This document shows, piece after piece, positions 62,962 to 64,000 of a DNA stretch of 64,000 bases. The notes under the pieces are model-generated. The model was not told the origin of the DNA. It searched no databases and saw only the letters and a list, made by a program, of their open reading frames with translations. Source of the stretch: Anaerohalosphaeraceae bacterium (GTDB lineage Bacteria; Planctomycetota; Phycisphaerae; Sedimentisphaerales; Anaerohalosphaeraceae); NCBI GenBank assembly GCA_963675525.2, contig CAXXSL010000016.1, forward strand, positions 224,001-288,000, in the 5' to 3' direction. How positions within the stretch are numbered: the stretch's first letter is position 1; each line of letters starts with the position of its first letter. The position numbers were made by a program, and so were the translations under genes.

Positions 62962-63651
62962 TTATTTTCTCTTGCGGGCAAACAGCATGCCCAGACCCAG
63001 AAGCGCCAGCGTAGCCGGTTCCGGAATAACCTGCAGGTTGTCAAGGACGCCGAGGGTTCCAGCAGCACGAACATCGGTATAGAAACCGACGTAGGTGGCA
63101 GCATTCACAGTCGTGGGCGTACGGGTACCAAGGATATTACGAATCGCCCCATTGTACCAGCCCGCCTCAAAGGTCGCACCATCGATGTTTTTAATAAACA
63201 GCTTGTCATAGGCATTACTGCCCCAGTCGCCTATCAGGCCATATTCGCCGGTTCCGTCGAAGCCGCGCGTGAAAAGCTGGCCGCCGCGTCCGTACATAGC
63301 AATGTAATCCTGACGAACACCGGTAACCGGCGCGGTTCCGCCAACATACAGCCCAAGGTCCTGAGAAGCTCCGTTGTGGGCAATATCAACCTGGACCTCT
63401 TCGCCTACGCCGAGAACCAGACCGTTGTAGATCATCGCACCTTGTTCAATGCCGTCGTAAACGCTGGTGTTGAGTTCAAGGGCTCCGGCGGTGATTTGCC
63501 AAGCGGCGGTATTAGACCCGGTTCCGCCGGCATCCAGGATTACGGTGCTGGTGTACTCGGTCAGGGTGCCATCTTCGAAATCATCGATGATCACAGCCTG
63601 AGCGGCTACGGCCATCACACATACTAACATTAATACACTTAACTTTTTCAT
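62962..63651 (-). CDS. PEP-CTERM sorting-domain protein
   Basis: Signal peptide; C-terminus IPEPATLALLGLGMLFARKRK; GGAGG RBS. Confidence 0.92.
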   Translation of the reverse strand: MKKLSVLMLVCVMAVAAQAVIIDDFEDGTLTEYTSTVILDAGGTGSNTAAWQITAGALELNTSVYDGIEQGAMIYNGLVLGVGEEVQVDIAHNGASQDLGLYVGGTAPVTGVRQDYIAMYGRGGQLFTRGFDGTGEYGLIGDWGSNAYDKLFIKNIDGATFEAGWYNGAIRNILGTRTPTTVNAATYVGFYTDVRAAGTLGVLDNLQVIPEPATLALLGLGMLFARKRK

Positions 63652-63763
63652 CTTTACTTCCTCCACAAACATTAATAAATTGTTAAAGTTCTTTAACTGC
63701 CATTAACTACAACACACACTACTTCACACACACTTCCCGAATCACACACACATTTAACGTTTA

Positions 63764-63797
63764 CGGGCAGGCTCCCCAACAAGGGGAGCCGTACCCG
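63764..63797 (-). terminator. Hairpin after the upstream partial gene
   Basis: GGCTCCCC-AACAA-GGGGAGCC with outer CGGG/CCCG pairing. Confidence 0.55.
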
Positions 63798-63817
63798 ATT
63801 ATCTAAGATTTATATGC

Positions 63818-64000
63818 TTAAAACAAACCATTTGCCAACCAGATGGCAGCAAAATCAGCAAAGTCAGCCAAGTCAACCTGACAGTATGATGAACCTGTAT
63901 CGTCGGTATTGTAGTAACTGCCGACAAAACCACCATTGACACACGGATGAATACCCGTTACATTCAGGTATTCCTGGGCAATCACATCGGCGTCGATCTC
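63818..64000 (-). CDS. C-terminal end of a secreted protein with dockerin-like tail (partial)
   Basis: Own translation ...EYLNVTGIHPCVNGGFVGSYYNTDDTGSSYCQVDLADFADFAAIWLANGLF*. Confidence 0.75.
   Translation of the reverse strand, partial: EIDADVIAQEYLNVTGIHPCVNGGFVGSYYNTDDTGSSYCQVDLADFADFAAIWLANGLF

Overview
Bacterial chromosomal window. The gene content (prepilin/H-X9-DG protein, PEP-CTERM, dockerin-like 'FA..WL' C-termini, sulfatase) suggests a Planctomycetota/Phycisphaerae organism (inference). From left to right: (1) a ~19 kb minus-strand surface-polysaccharide/nucleotide-sugar cluster (ugd, plant-type glucuronokinase, galU, UDP-GlcA epimerase, gmd-fkp-fcl, aminotransferase, dehydrogenase, acyltransferase, LicD, cytidylyltransferase, flippase); (2) folE plus a tandem-domain PTPS; (3) carbohydrate-active enzymes, pepA, a sulfatase and frameshifted prfB; (4) a ~16 kb type IV pilus-like cluster; (5) an AT-rich accessory island with three integrase 3'-tail remnants, ending at tRNA-Val(GAC); (6) a PEP-CTERM/prepilin/BNR/LamG glycan-utilisation-like locus. 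The best candidate for an undescribed system is in the pilus cluster. A Soj/ParA ATPase sits between pilO and a membrane-anchored PilP-like protein whose cytoplasmic N-terminus resembles the ParB peptide that activates ParA. The cluster is headed by a DivL-like His-to-Tyr pseudokinase and preceded by sigma28-like promoters, suggesting a nucleoid-guided positioning system for the pilus/secretin machine. Other candidates are a CsrB/Rsm-like GGA-repeat sRNA and a bacterial glucuronate salvage route. All family assignments are by motif recognition only; no searches were run.
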